DNA of 64,000 nucleotides from NCBI RefSeq assembly GCF_054482525.1, contig NZ_CM137006.1; one strand, 5' to 3'. Shown piece by piece: positions 63,833 to 64,000 of this stretch (position 1 is its first letter; each line of letters starts with the position of its first letter). The notes under the pieces were generated by a model. It saw only the letters and a program-made list of their open reading frames with translations, ran no database searches and was not told where the DNA came from. The position numbers and the translations under genes were made by a program.

Positions 63833-64000
63833 TATTCGTTTAAGGTTAAAAATTCATTAAATTGTTCAATACTCGGATAAGATGATTGCGTACCTTTCCC
63901 TGTGACGCTGAAAGCGGCAAAGAGAGCGGCTTTTTTCAAAGCGGCTTCAACATCACCGCTTTGAACATAATAATGGGAAAAGCAACCAATAAATGCGTCA
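63833..64000 (-). CDS. deoK: 3' end of a pfkB/ribokinase-family sugar kinase gene, DeoK-like (partial, runs off the window)
   Basis: Minus-strand translation ends ...DAFIGCFSHYYVQSGDVEAALKKAALFAAFSVTGKGTQSSYPSIEQFNEFLTLNE*, typical of pfkB-kinase C-termini. Confidence 0.45.

Overview
Escherichia coli-type chromosomal window. The first ~27.5 kb is conserved backbone in the same order as the K-12 focA-serW region (read here in reverse orientation): focA-pflB-pflA, ycaM, ycaD, ycaC, dmsCBA, serS, rarA, lolA, ftsK, lrp, trxB, cydDC, aat, infA and tRNA-Ser serW. Immediately 3' of serW (27540) the sequence becomes a mosaic accessory island that runs to the window end. It carries: (i) a CP4-44-like module on the minus strand (DUF4942-like, YeeW-like, CbtA/CbeA toxin-antitoxin, YeeT, RadC-like, antirestriction, DUF932, YeeR-like, Ag43/flu with its Dam/OxyR switch, YeeP GTPase); (ii) three unrecognised genes at 41.4-44.1 kb, including an AT-rich ORF and an HNH-like protein, which I consider the best candidate for an undescribed defence function; (iii) a type I restriction-modification operon with a DarT/DarG ADP-ribosyltransferase/macrodomain pair embedded between hsdS and hsdR, plus an unusually long HsdM; (iv) IS3- and IS200-family remnants and a degenerate tRNA-like fragment; (v) cargo metabolic genes (Dcu-family transporter, Asp/Glu racemase, LysR regulator, deoKPX-like sugar operon). 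All identifications are from reading the translations and from memory of known families; no database search was run.
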